DNA of 64,000 nt from Armatimonadota bacterium (GTDB taxonomy: Bacteria; Armatimonadota; Fimbriimonadia; Fimbriimonadales; Fimbriimonadaceae). The notes below the pieces were generated by a model. The model saw only the letters and a list, made by a program, of their open reading frames with translations, searched no databases and had not been told where the DNA came from. The stretch is taken from positions 27,269 to 91,268 of the forward strand of contig JAFDWX010000008.1 in assembly GCA_018268255.1 (NCBI GenBank), in the 5' to 3' direction. The translations under genes were made by a program, and so were the position numbers. This document shows, piece after piece, positions 8,451-17,856 of this stretch; positions within the stretch are counted from its first letter, which is position 1; each line of letters starts with the position of its first letter.

Positions 8451-9218
8451 CTACGGATTCAACTGCGTCCATTTTCGTCTTGGCGCATATGCTGCCCAAT
8501 CAATTTCCGGTCGACGCTTCTTTTCACGCATCAAAAAGTTGATCAGATGAACATAAAATTCTAGGAAAACTCCCTGGCCAGATACCCAGGAGGAAGCCAC
8601 TTGAGGGCGAATCACTCCTCTTTCGAGCACAAAAATTCGGTCTATCAAGTCCATACTTCCTCCAATGCAGACAAGCGCCTTTTTCGCGCGGTCGTATTCC
8701 TTCTGTGCCCACTGATCAGCCGAGAGATTTGATGAGAATGCGAAAACAAAATATGGACATCGATAAAAGCCAGCCTGTGCCCCTCCTCCAGTAGGTGCCC
8801 CAACAAATTGTTTTTTGAAAGGGCACAGAGCTCTCAGTGCTAATGAGGACTTTGCCGCCTTATCCATCTCCTCCTGTGTTAAAACGGACTTGACCTCAAT
8901 GGAGGCATAAATAGCTTCTGCTGGAATCAGCGAGTTTTCGCTTGACGAAAGTATTGGTGTTGCGGTTGCACTGTCATATACGAAGAGGTCAAGTTCTCCA
9001 CTGCGGTTACCAAGACAATCGATAGCTTCACCCTTTCCAATAGCAAATTGGTCGGGTAAGTGAGACCGAAGCAATTCTGCCAGAGCCACAGCACGTTCGT
9101 CGCCACGAAGGCCCTTGTGCACGTAAGGCGTGTTCGAATCGATTTTCAGCTTTTCTTCGGCGTAGCCCAGAATCTCTTTGAAGACAACGCTGGAATTCCT
9201 ACTCGTTCTTTTTTGCAT
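8451..9218 (-). CDS. hypothetical protein with a predicted PD-(D/E)xK nuclease-like core (D...ExK)
   Basis: GELDLFVYD followed ~25 aa later by ASIEVKS fits the restriction-endonuclease-fold motif. It lies between tRNA-Val and the integrase. Its 5' end overlaps the integrase 3' end by 73 nt, so the start is uncertain. Confidence 0.45.
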   Translation of the reverse strand: MQKRTSRNSSVVFKEILGYAEEKLKIDSNTPYVHKGLRGDERAVALAELLRSHLPDQFAIGKGEAIDCLGNRSGELDLFVYDSATATPILSSSENSLIPAEAIYASIEVKSVLTQEEMDKAAKSSLALRALCPFKKQFVGAPTGGGAQAGFYRCPYFVFAFSSNLSADQWAQKEYDRAKKALVCIGGSMDLIDRIFVLERGVIRPQVASSWVSGQGVFLEFYVHLINFLMREKKRRPEIDWAAYAPRRKWTQLNP

Positions 9219-10369
9219 CTTGCCCCCACCTGAGTATAGCCAAGGATCCTATCGATCTCTGTCGACAGTATACGTTGCGACGAACTGAGTGGCCGTGTGT
9301 AGTTGACTTCGGTCACCCCGCTTACGGCATGCCCGACGTGCTCCTTTAACGTTGTAGCGGATACGTCGGGGCACAGCTTTTCAATCCAATTGACGTGACT
9401 CAGTCGGCAATCGTGCGGTCGCATACCTTCTGGGAGCGAAGCGTCTTTCTTCAGCTGACGCCAGTAGGCATAGACGAGCTTCCGCATTCTGGGTTGGTTC
9501 TCATAGGTCGCCGAAAAGACGAACTGGTCTGACTCCATATCGGCCACATGCGCCTGCATGATGGCCGCCAGCGCCTCGCACATCACCGCATAGCGCTTCT
9601 TCTTACCCTTTGGTAGCCCCACTGTCTGTCTGCCACCGTACGAGACTTGAACCGCTTGGTCGACGTGGATCAAACCACGCTCGAAGTCAAGTTGACGCCG
9701 AGACAGGGCCATCACTTCCCCAAGACGCAGACCAGCCAGAAGCATCACCCCAAGGAATGCTCGCTGTCGTTTATCAAGGCCCTTCGACCGGAGGGCCCTC
9801 CTTGCTTCCATTGGCGTCAGAGCTACCGCTTCACGTCTTGGCTTCGAGTCCATTGGGAGCCGGAAGGGGTTTCCCCAAGTCGTTGGCACGCGCTTGTAAG
9901 GCGAGATGGCTTGGTTAAATACCCTGACGAGATCGGTCTTGATCGCCTCCCTGGTGGCGTGTCCGATTCCTTTATCACGCAGCCGCTTGTAGAACGCCTT
10001 CACGTCGAGCGGGTCTATCTTGATGAGCGGTACGCCACCCCATTCACGCTCGACATACTTTCTGAACCTCCCAATCCTAGACCGAATAGTGGAGTCTGCC
10101 ACCGTATCCGGCCAGTCGTTTTCGACGAGCCAGAAGAACCAATCTGTTAGCGTCACGGGCTTTGCCGCTTCTGCTTCCGAGCGATGCACGTCCCGCTGCA
10201 CCTCGCGCATGAACGCCTTGCCTTCAGCTTGCGTGGAGAATAGGCGACTGATCCGCCGCTTGCTTCCATTTGAGTCCGTGATGGTCAGTTGCACCCGCCA
10301 TTTGCCGGTGAAACGGCCCTCAGTAATTCGACGGCAGGAGCCGTCGCCGTTTGCTCTTCGTGTTGCCAT
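9146..10369 (-). CDS. tyrosine-type site-specific integrase/recombinase (phage integrase family)
   Basis: A 407-aa protein with an N-terminal SAM-like/arm-binding region. The C-terminal catalytic region carries HDCRLSHVNW and VGHAVSGVTEVNYTRP (an RHRY-type tyrosine). Confidence 0.8.
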   Translation of the reverse strand: MATRRANGDGSCRRITEGRFTGKWRVQLTITDSNGSKRRISRLFSTQAEGKAFMREVQRDVHRSEAEAAKPVTLTDWFFWLVENDWPDTVADSTIRSRIGRFRKYVEREWGGVPLIKIDPLDVKAFYKRLRDKGIGHATREAIKTDLVRVFNQAISPYKRVPTTWGNPFRLPMDSKPRREAVALTPMEARRALRSKGLDKRQRAFLGVMLLAGLRLGEVMALSRRQLDFERGLIHVDQAVQVSYGGRQTVGLPKGKKKRYAVMCEALAAIMQAHVADMESDQFVFSATYENQPRMRKLVYAYWRQLKKDASLPEGMRPHDCRLSHVNWIEKLCPDVSATTLKEHVGHAVSGVTEVNYTRPLSSSQRILSTEIDRILGYTQVGARCKKERVGIPALSSKRFWATPKKS

Positions 10370-10494
10370 ATGCTCAGCCTAGATGTGCTGAAGGGCCCTT
10401 TTGAGAGACAGATTGAGAGACTTTAGGAAAGGCTAAAGTGGTTTTTGACAGAATTTGAAGCTACGCTCACCTAGATTTGAGAGACAAATCAGAA

Positions 10495-10534
10495 TCGGTG
10501 TGAACGAAGTGCTCTACCACTGAGCTAACCGCCC
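10495..10534 (-). pseudogene. truncated tRNA-Val(CAC) 5' half (acceptor 5' strand, D-arm, anticodon 5' stem and loop), inverted relative to the intact tRNA-Val
   Basis: The reverse complement reads GGGCGGTTAGCTCAGTGGTAGAGCACTTCGTTCACACCGA and then diverges. It has the same acceptor 5' strand and anticodon loop as the tRNA at 8230 but a different D-arm. No T-arm or 3' end follows. Confidence 0.6.
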
Positions 10535-10688
10535 GAGAAGGGCTGTAGTTTACCTGAGGCTGACTGAGGACGGGCGCAGGAAGGTTAAGCACGCGCCGCG
10601 AGGAAACCCAAGGCCACGGTCAAGTTCGGTAGTGCCAAGGTCCTTCGGAAATGTGGAATTCATCGCAAGTGGGTAGCATCGGCTACTT

Positions 10689-11720
10689 ATGATTCGAATT
10701 GGCAAATTGTGTTTGGCCGTTCTGGTGATGACCGCCGTGGTTTCTGGCCCGGTTATGGCCCAGAACAAGTCCAAAAAGGGTGGCGGGAATCGACCGAGCG
10801 GCACGGCACCGACAAAGGGCACGGTGCAAATGCCCGGAGACAACGGCAAGCTCAAGACCACCTACCAGCTGGGCGAAAAGAACAACGAGCTCCACTTCAC
10901 GCTGGAATCGGCAGCCTTCGCTATGTCTTATGCGGCTCCGGAAGATACGTACTTGGCCCAGGAAAACCAAAGGCTTCTCGTCCTTACCTACACCGTCCAG
11001 AATCCTCTGAATACCGAGGCCAAACTCAACTTGCGCTCATTCAAGTTCACCGTCGTCTCGCCCGAAGACCAGAATTTTGACTTTAACGGCTACATCCTCA
11101 ACGCAGCGACCAAAAAGCGGTTGGACCAATCGTTGAAACCAGCGCAAAAGGTCAAAGTAATCGCGGTGATTCCAATTCATGCCGTTGGCCCGGTTAACAA
11201 ACTCATCGTCCAACGGGGTCAAAATACGCCCGTCCTGCGGTACGACCTCACCGATAAAGTCGAAAAACTGGTCTCCGTCTTCAGCAAGGATGGAGTCGAT
11301 GCAAATCCCAACGGGGGCACGGTCACAGTCGGGCAGCCGTTTGACATGAAGGGTTTTATGGTGAGCTTCGACGAAGTAAAGATCACCAAAGATCCGGTCA
11401 AGGGATATGCACCCTCAAAAGACTACAGCTATATCGTGGTGAGGCTCTCGTTTGCCAATAAGCTTATGGCACCCAATCCCGTCGGTTTCCAGTACTTCAC
11501 GCCGGAACTCAAAGATGCGGGCGGACAGGTCCACTCATGGAATCGAGATATTCTCGGCGTGTTCACGGATGACACCTTCTCCGCTCAGGTCGATCCAGAC
11601 GCGACGGTGACCGCTCGGTATTACTTCCAAGTGCCCGATAAGGTTCTGGTCGCTCCGCTCAAACTGAAGTTTCTTGAAGCGTCCTGTAACCGATTCGTCA
11701 CGCTCGAAGTCAAGCCTTGA
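10689..11720 (+). CDS. secreted hypothetical protein
   Basis: Signal peptide MIRIGKLCLAVLVMTAVVSGPVMAQ. A 343-aa protein with no diagnostic motif. Confidence 0.55.
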   Translation: MIRIGKLCLAVLVMTAVVSGPVMAQNKSKKGGGNRPSGTAPTKGTVQMPGDNGKLKTTYQLGEKNNELHFTLESAAFAMSYAAPEDTYLAQENQRLLVLTYTVQNPLNTEAKLNLRSFKFTVVSPEDQNFDFNGYILNAATKKRLDQSLKPAQKVKVIAVIPIHAVGPVNKLIVQRGQNTPVLRYDLTDKVEKLVSVFSKDGVDANPNGGTVTVGQPFDMKGFMVSFDEVKITKDPVKGYAPSKDYSYIVVRLSFANKLMAPNPVGFQYFTPELKDAGGQVHSWNRDILGVFTDDTFSAQVDPDATVTARYYFQVPDKVLVAPLKLKFLEASCNRFVTLEVKP

Positions 11721-11734
11721 TTGATAACGCATTA

Positions 11735-11766
11735 AAAGGGTGGGGTCCGGTCGGATCCCACCCTTT
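11735..11766. terminator. bidirectional rho-independent terminator (14-bp stem, 4-nt loop) between convergent genes
   Basis: aaagggtggggtcc-ggtc-ggatcccacccttt, flanked by an A-run upstream and a T-run downstream. Confidence 0.6.
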
Positions 11767-11782
11767 CCCGTGTGCTAGCGGG

Positions 11783-12838
11783 TCAGTTTTCCACTAACAG
11801 GAGGTTGTAAGTGCCGTCTGAGTCGTTACCGCCGAATCCAAAGACAACAAACTTGCCATCGACCTCTCCGACAATGAAGTAAAGGACTTCCGGTTGGCTG
11901 CCGGGATCCGTAGAGGTTAGGTCGACCTTGAAGAGCCCGTTGGAAAAGTCCGCGTTGTGACTCAACACCACTCCTCGTTCCGGGTCTGTGCTCACGCCGC
12001 TGGCGATCTCACTTTCGCTGGCAAGCGCCGAACCGGCCAAAGTCTGTGGATCTGTGCCAGTGTGGGCTGCGACCAGTTGAGTTCGGCCCCGGCGGACCAG
12101 CATTCCGATGTAGGACTTGGTTGTGACGTCAGACCACGTTATCGGCGTTGTGGGAACCTGCATCCCGATGATGCCACCCATATCCGGACCTTTGTCTCCA
12201 ACAAAGACTCCAGATCGTTGGAGCCCGAACACCACGTTCACGTCTTGCACGACGTAGCGTCCGTCTTGCTCCAACAACGTGGTTCCCATTCCCTGGTTGA
12301 GCGGTCCCGTATGATCGAGTCGTCCATAGTCGATTGCGAGGTCGTATCCGGTTTCAGTTTTCGTGAAATTGGCAATGCCGAAAGCGTCATCCTGCATCGT
12401 AAACGTTGCGCTCGGCACGGTAACCCAGTTCATGCTGAACGTGTTCGCAGTCGGGTTTGCACCCACCGCCGTAGCGATCACCGGAGCGGCTCCATCTGTA
12501 TCTGCCGGCTTGACTAGAAGGCAGGTCCCCGGAATCTCCACCGCGTAGGCGACGGAGTCCACCGGGACCTGATCATCATTGCTGCTGGCCATCGTGAGCT
12601 TGCTAAACCCGCTAGGAAGGAGTTCGACCGCTCCCGCATAGTTGAAGGAGCGTGTTTCGTTGCTGGCGGTGAATGTAGAAGTTCCCAGTTCCCATTGCCA
12701 GACGTCTCCTGGTTGCTGAGTTCCGACAAACACTTGGCTCGACGTTTGGCCACCCCCCGTCGAAGTCACATTTCCACCACCGCATCCGGCAACTGCGAAC
12801 GCGATTACCGCCAATCCCAAAGTCATCCACTTATTCAT
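11783..12838 (-). CDS. hypothetical lipoprotein
   Basis: A lipobox follows the internal Met (MNKWMTLGLAVIAFAVAGCGG). The protein is Thr/Gly/Ser-rich and predicted extracytoplasmic. Confidence 0.55.
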   Translation of the reverse strand: MNKWMTLGLAVIAFAVAGCGGGNVTSTGGGQTSSQVFVGTQQPGDVWQWELGTSTFTASNETRSFNYAGAVELLPSGFSKLTMASSNDDQVPVDSVAYAVEIPGTCLLVKPADTDGAAPVIATAVGANPTANTFSMNWVTVPSATFTMQDDAFGIANFTKTETGYDLAIDYGRLDHTGPLNQGMGTTLLEQDGRYVVQDVNVVFGLQRSGVFVGDKGPDMGGIIGMQVPTTPITWSDVTTKSYIGMLVRRGRTQLVAAHTGTDPQTLAGSALASESEIASGVSTDPERGVVLSHNADFSNGLFKVDLTSTDPGSQPEVLYFIVGEVDGKFVVFGFGGNDSDGTYNLLLVEN

Positions 12839-13039
12839 AGAGAGTTGGGGCTCCTTAGGACCCTGAACTTCTATTCCATTTGCCAGCAGCATTTTCACAT
12901 GGGACCAGGTGATTCGTTGGGAATTTTCCGCACTGAACTTATAGTTATCAGGTTGCTCTGGCGAACATCATTTCGCCAGAATCCCCCCATTGGCGGTGGA
13001 ATCTGGGAATCCGTGGTCGGAAACAGTCGTGCCTGTGGA

Positions 13040-13813
13040 CTAGGCCTTGAAGCAGACTTCGGTAAATTTCTCAGGAATGTGGGTGTCGTAACGCCCGTGA
13101 GGAGTGAGGCACCACGCGGCCTGGACATCGTTGCCACCGACTCGCAATTTCTCAAATCGCCCGAAGAACATCTTCCAAACTTCACCCGGAGTTGGCGGAG
13201 TTGATTTTTCGCCGGAAAGGACCCTCAAGCTGGTCCACGGAATCGCGATCTCCACACGCCAACCCTCACTTCGAGTTTTTGGGTCGTTGAGAGTGCCTTG
13301 CACAGAAGTCTTGCAGATCAGCCCAGCCATCGACCAATCGCGAAGGGCCCAGCGAATGCCCCGTGGATGGTTACCATCCCAAAACGTCTCGGGCCGTCTG
13401 TCGAAGTCGCCGCCAAAGGTGTATGCGTGCCGTCGGTGAACGTCGTATTCGCTTTGATCGAATTTGTGGAAGGCATCTTTCCAAATAAAGAACATCTCGT
13501 AGGTGGTGCCGAGCGCGTTGACCTCGAACTCGTAATAGCAGTCGCCCCCATCGATAAATAGCTCGACGTCGTTCTCTTGGAAAATTAGTGATCCCGGTTC
13601 GGTGAGTTCCGCGACTGGATACGGCTCCTGCACCCAGAACCCAATATAGAGATTTCTGTCATCCCACAAAACCGCTGCTTGAGTTTCGTACGCGGCTGGT
13701 TCGCCGCTCGCCATGTCCACAAATAGGGCCGATCTTTCAGCGGCGTCCCAGGCTGCACTTTGCAGGGTTCCATCTAAATTGGGAGCAAGGGCAGTCTTCT
13801 TGGCGATCAACAT
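13040..13813 (-). CDS. CBM9-like / DOMON-like carbohydrate-binding family protein
   Basis: LYIGFWVQEP...ENDVELFIDGGDCYYEFEVNALGTTYE resembles CBM9-like domains. Confidence 0.45.
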   Translation of the reverse strand: MLIAKKTALAPNLDGTLQSAAWDAAERSALFVDMASGEPAAYETQAAVLWDDRNLYIGFWVQEPYPVAELTEPGSLIFQENDVELFIDGGDCYYEFEVNALGTTYEMFFIWKDAFHKFDQSEYDVHRRHAYTFGGDFDRRPETFWDGNHPRGIRWALRDWSMAGLICKTSVQGTLNDPKTRSEGWRVEIAIPWTSLRVLSGEKSTPPTPGEVWKMFFGRFEKLRVGGNDVQAAWCLTPHGRYDTHIPEKFTEVCFKA

Positions 13814-14080
13814 GATTCCATCATAGCCCGCCTCGGATGGAGCGGTCCCAATGTGCCGTAGGTAGAATTACTCGACGATATGCTTTTGTCAGAAGCTCTT
13901 GCGCGCATGTCCGAGCTGAATACAAAGATCGAAATGCTGAGGCAACGGCTTTCGGAATGCGCAAAGAATCAGGAAGCTGTCCTTAGCTGTGGTCAACATT
14001 GATCAGGACAAGATTTATCAGCCAACGTATGTTCCGCGCCCGTTCTCAGAAGAGCCCGAGTTCTTTATGACGACGATCAC

Positions 14081-14536
14081 TTGCGAGATTGGAGAACTGA
14101 TGGCAAGGATGGAGGCGTTGCGATGTTGATTGCTTCAGATCAAGTTGTGAGGTTCTTACCCAAGCTTCTCGCAATGCCCGAGGTGCAAGCTGAGGTCGCC
14201 AGAGTCTGCAACCTACCCATCGAAGCAATCAGACCTGAGTTACTTTCGGCTGCGAATTGGTGGCAAATCCAAGATGAAGTCAGCGACTCCTGTGTGGACT
14301 TGATTTTCAGTGAGTCAGAAATGGTGGAGCAATTCTGTGGGTACGGCGGGACCGGTGAATTCCCCATCTCTGTTATGCAATTTGGACCAGTGTTCTATGT
14401 TTTTGCACCCGAGTTCGACAAGATCGGATTCTACGAGTCAAAGGATGACGCAACCCATGCCGCTGCCACCAACTTTCAACATTGGATGTTGAAGCCAGAC
14501 GACTGGGAAGACGAAGACGAGGGAGACGATAATTAA
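14081..14536 (+). CDS. hypothetical acidic protein (start may be at Met-15, 14123)
   Basis: A 151-aa ORF with coding-like composition and an acidic C-terminus ([12 protein letters not shown]). Confidence 0.4.
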   Translation: MRDWRTDGKDGGVAMLIASDQVVRFLPKLLAMPEVQAEVARVCNLPIEAIRPELLSAANWWQIQDEVSDSCVDLIFSESEMVEQFCGYGGTGEFPISVMQFGPVFYVFAPEFDKIGFYESKDDATHAAATNFQHWMLKPDDWEDEDEGDDN

Positions 14537-15091
14537 GGCCTTGCCGCTCGAAGATGTAAATTCTTCTTCGGCCCGAGAGGAGTCAATTCGGCATGGGCAT
14601 CCTAGCATGCTTCCATTATGGTGGGCGCGCCGTCCACTGGCAACTTGCAGAGCGGTTCTTCTCCGTTCCATCATCGGTGATCCAGGCGAAGAAGTCATTT
14701 GTCAAGAGCTACTGGCCTGTATCGATGCCTTGCCGTTCCCCAGACAGTCAATACCCGGTCAGAGGTCCAGCCCGTTTTGTCCGTTTCGGTAGCGGAGGTT
14801 AGGTCCAAATTTGACCACCTTTCTCGGTTGTGTCGAGAACTAGATGTGCGGGTACAAAGAGATAATTGGGCCACCGAGCTCATTGAAAGTTGAGTCGAGT
14901 TGGTATCCAAAGAGGGCGCAACGGAAAGACCTGACTTTCTTCAGGAATGGGTGAGTCCTGCCAAGGCTCTGAGGGTTCAAGTCCCTTAGCCCACAGTGCA
15001 ACGCCTCAATTGCGCACATCTGCATCGAGCAAAACGCACGGAGCACAACCACCGTTGGACTTTGAGGTGAGGGTGGGACAGGGGTCTCGAT

Positions 15092-15886
15092 TCAGCCAGT
15101 GATTTCTCGGTATCCGGCGCCTTGCGGGATCACGTTTACCGTAACGCCCGGTAGCAATTCACGGATTTTTTCGGCAAGCGAACCCATTGCACAAGCTTCG
15201 CTCACACCGTGGCTAACTACCACCAGCGGATTTCCGGTGTCGTTGCAGTACTCACCGATGATCCATGAGCGCGAGATGTCATCAACCGCCACGGCCAGAT
15301 CCGCGCCCATGTCGAAGAGTGTTTCCCCCGCCGATGCACATCCGGTGCCAATCCCGATTTTGGTAACCACGCGTTGAGGATCTCCATAAAGCTGCAACGT
15401 TGCCTGGCCAGCAGACTTGGTTTTGGATGCTAATCGTTGCGTCCATTCGATCGCAGGAGCCGGTTCGACACTATAAACATGGTAGTACTTCTCGCGTTTG
15501 GAGGGCTCGCCCAACCCCAAGAACCGTCCCCACTCGTGCGGAACCCCGATCTCCGGCAAGATGTCCCACACATCGTGGCATCGCATGATCGTGATGCCAA
15601 GTTCCTCGATCAACTTTTGCTTTTCCTCCTTGGCTTCATGGAATCTGGCGTGCTGAGGTTCCTGTCGCAGCTCCCAATGGTCATAAAAAGTCGGCTCGTG
15701 GGCCACTACAGTGTTGGCTCCAAGGGCCACGGCCTGCCTCAGGGCTTCCGAATAGGGCATCCAGCACACGGCAACCGCTTCGATCACCTGGTCCGGGTTA
15801 CCTGCGATGATCCGATCGACGGTCTTTTCTGGATTCAGTTCCGGCCACAGGGCACGGAGAGCATGGTTGAGTTCGAGTGCGGTCAT
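15092..15886 (-). CDS. Nif3-like (dinuclear metal center / YqfO-type) family protein, variant motifs
   Basis: An MTALELNHALRALWPE start, TVVAHEPTFY in place of the HHP motif, and a C-terminal VVSHGVSEACAMGSLAEKIRE. The start was moved to an internal Met to avoid overlapping the divergent GH35 gene. Confidence 0.45.
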   Translation of the reverse strand: MTALELNHALRALWPELNPEKTVDRIIAGNPDQVIEAVAVCWMPYSEALRQAVALGANTVVAHEPTFYDHWELRQEPQHARFHEAKEEKQKLIEELGITIMRCHDVWDILPEIGVPHEWGRFLGLGEPSKREKYYHVYSVEPAPAIEWTQRLASKTKSAGQATLQLYGDPQRVVTKIGIGTGCASAGETLFDMGADLAVAVDDISRSWIIGEYCNDTGNPLVVVSHGVSEACAMGSLAEKIRELLPGVTVNVIPQGAGYREITG

Positions 15887-15978
15887 TGATCTGAGCCTAT
15901 ATTCGTAATACCCAAAACTGCATGCGTCCAAGGTCCCACCCCTGTTGCGGTGACTCACAGGGCTGGTAGCCTCACCGT

Positions 15979-17784
15979 ATGAGGGCTCTGCTTGCGGCGC
16001 TGGTCGCATTTTCTGCTGTGCAGTGCGCATGGTCTGCTCCCAAAACAATGCCAGAACACACTTTTCAGCTGGAGGGTGGCCAGTTTCTTCTGGACGGAAA
16101 GCCGTTTCAAATCCACTCCGGTGAACTTCACCCTTCGCGGATCCCAAAGGAATACTGGCGCCACCGTATCCAGATGGCCAAGGCGATGGGGCTCAACACG
16201 ATCTCGATTTACACCTTTTGGAACGACCACGAGCGAAAAGAGGGAAAGTGGGACTTCAAATCCGGTTCCCGCGATTTGGCTGAGTTCATCCGCTTGGTCA
16301 AAGAGGAAGGAATGTGGTTGCTTTTGCGGCCCGGACCGTATAGCTGCGCCGAGTGGGATTTTGGCGGAATTCCACCCTATCTCCTTAAATATCCCGATCT
16401 CAAAGTGCGGTGCATGGATCCGCACTATATCCATGGCGCGGAGAACTACCTCAGCCGCATCGCGAAGATCGCCAAGCCGTTTCAGATCTCGGAGGGTGGT
16501 CCGATTCTGATGATCCAGCTCGAAAATGAGTACGGCTCGTTCGGAAACGACCGGAACTACATGAAATGGCTCCACGATTTCTGGGTGAAACAGGGATTCA
16601 AAGTGCCCTTCTTCACAGCAGACGGAGCCACGACCTATATGCTTGAAGCAGGTACCTATCCGGGTGCAGCGGTGGGTCTGGATCCGCTCACCAACCTGGA
16701 CCAAATCAAGCTGGCTCATCGATATAATCCCGGAGTGCCGGTGTTCTGCAGCGAGACCTATCCCGGCTGGCTGACGCACTGGGGTGAGGAATGGGCGCGG
16801 GTCTCGGCGGACGATTGCGCGAAGAATGTTCGCTTTTACCTGGACAACAAGCTCTCCTTCAGCCTCTATATGATCCATGGGGGCACCAATTTCGGATTTA
16901 CGGCGGGAGCTAACAATGGTGGCAAAGGCTACGAGCCCCATGTGACCAGCTACGATTACGACGCCCCGATCGATGAGCAGGGAAGAGCGAACCCCAAGTA
17001 CATGGCCATCCGAGGAGAATTTGAGAAGGGGGGTACAAAGCTCCCCCCGATTCCTGGTTCGATGCCTGCCATGTCCATCCCGGCGATTTCGATGAAGGCG
17101 TACTCCAGCATTTGGAACCGGTTGCCCAAGGCGGTCGAGCTTGTGCAGCCCAAGCCCTTCGAGTCTCTCGGGCTCTATCAGGGGATGGCCATTTACCGGA
17201 CCAAACTTATTGGGCACAAGTCGGGCAAGCTCACCGTGAAGGATCTCCACGATTTTGGGGTGGTACTGGTGGATGGAAAGTTCGTCGGGACGTTGGACCG
17301 ACGAGAGGGGCGCATGTCGATCGATCTTCCTGCGGCTCAATCCGAGGTGCCGACTCTGGAAATCCTCGTGGAAGGGATGGGGCACATCAATTTCGCTGCG
17401 GATATGATCGACCGGAAGGGAATCACCGATCGCGTCACGTTGAACGGCATGACCTTGATGAACTGGGATTTCATTCCTCTGCCGCTGTATATGGAATGGG
17501 TTAACTCCCTCAAACCGGGCGAGGTGGATTCACGCCCTGGCAAGATTTTCAGCGGCGAGTTTAGGCTTGAAAGCACCGCCGATACGTTCTTCGAGATGAC
17601 TGGCTATCAAAAAGGCTACGTCTGGGTAAACGGACACAACCTAGGTCGGTATTGGTCGATTGGGCCTCAGAAGCGGCTTTTCTGTCCGGCGGGTTGGCTC
17701 AACAAGGGTTTCAACCAGATATTGGTCTTGGACCTTTTGGGAACCCAGTCTGCGCCCATTTCGAGTTTTGAAACACTAGAGTAG
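15979..17784 (+). CDS. secreted glycoside hydrolase family 35 beta-galactosidase
   Basis: Signal peptide, then GH35 hallmarks (FQIHSGELHPSRIP, GLNTISIYTFWNDHE, GPILMIQLENEYGSFG). Confidence 0.85.
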   Translation: MRALLAALVAFSAVQCAWSAPKTMPEHTFQLEGGQFLLDGKPFQIHSGELHPSRIPKEYWRHRIQMAKAMGLNTISIYTFWNDHERKEGKWDFKSGSRDLAEFIRLVKEEGMWLLLRPGPYSCAEWDFGGIPPYLLKYPDLKVRCMDPHYIHGAENYLSRIAKIAKPFQISEGGPILMIQLENEYGSFGNDRNYMKWLHDFWVKQGFKVPFFTADGATTYMLEAGTYPGAAVGLDPLTNLDQIKLAHRYNPGVPVFCSETYPGWLTHWGEEWARVSADDCAKNVRFYLDNKLSFSLYMIHGGTNFGFTAGANNGGKGYEPHVTSYDYDAPIDEQGRANPKYMAIRGEFEKGGTKLPPIPGSMPAMSIPAISMKAYSSIWNRLPKAVELVQPKPFESLGLYQGMAIYRTKLIGHKSGKLTVKDLHDFGVVLVDGKFVGTLDRREGRMSIDLPAAQSEVPTLEILVEGMGHINFAADMIDRKGITDRVTLNGMTLMNWDFIPLPLYMEWVNSLKPGEVDSRPGKIFSGEFRLESTADTFFEMTGYQKGYVWVNGHNLGRYWSIGPQKRLFCPAGWLNKGFNQILVLDLLGTQSAPISSFETLE

Positions 17785-17803
17785 CTTTGCAGGTACAAAA
17801 AAC

Positions 17804-17832
17804 GATCCGGGGCGCCTGCGACGCTCCGGATC
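17804..17832. terminator. bidirectional rho-independent terminator (11-bp stem, 7-nt loop)
   Basis: gatccggggcg-cctgcga-cgctccggatc with an upstream A-run and a downstream T-run, between convergent GH35 and PEP-CTERM genes. Confidence 0.6.
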
Positions 17833-17856
17833 ATTTCATTTCGAGATGGCTAGAAC

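Noticed and set aside
14962-14990. A possible tRNA or tmRNA at the T-arm-like motif gagggttcaagtcccttagcccaca.
   Set aside because: There is no complementary 5' acceptor strand, D-arm or anticodon arm upstream, no CCA, and no tag-peptide-like reading frame. It is kept only as a low-interest fragment within the gap finding.
14537-15091. RNase P RNA or SRP RNA in the non-coding gap.
   Set aside because: The universal P4 motifs (GGAAAGUCCGGGCUCC, AGGGCAGG) and the SRP domain-IV motif with its GGAA tetraloop are absent on both strands. Only weak chance similarities were seen (ACAG..ACCCGGTCAG).
16956-17153. Numerous 60-120-aa ORFs nested inside or antisense to large genes throughout the track.
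   Set aside because: They lie entirely within better-supported genes and have no motifs.
15955-17385. A 476-aa ORF antisense to the GH35 beta-galactosidase gene. Similar long antisense ORFs occur at 31769-32719 (vs flotillin), 37046-37924 (vs kinase), 42419-43243 (vs SprT/nnr), 9647-10150 (vs integrase) and 15437-15889 (vs Nif3).
   Set aside because: In GC-rich DNA long stop-free antisense frames are expected. The sense-strand genes have clear family motifs and the antisense ones have none.
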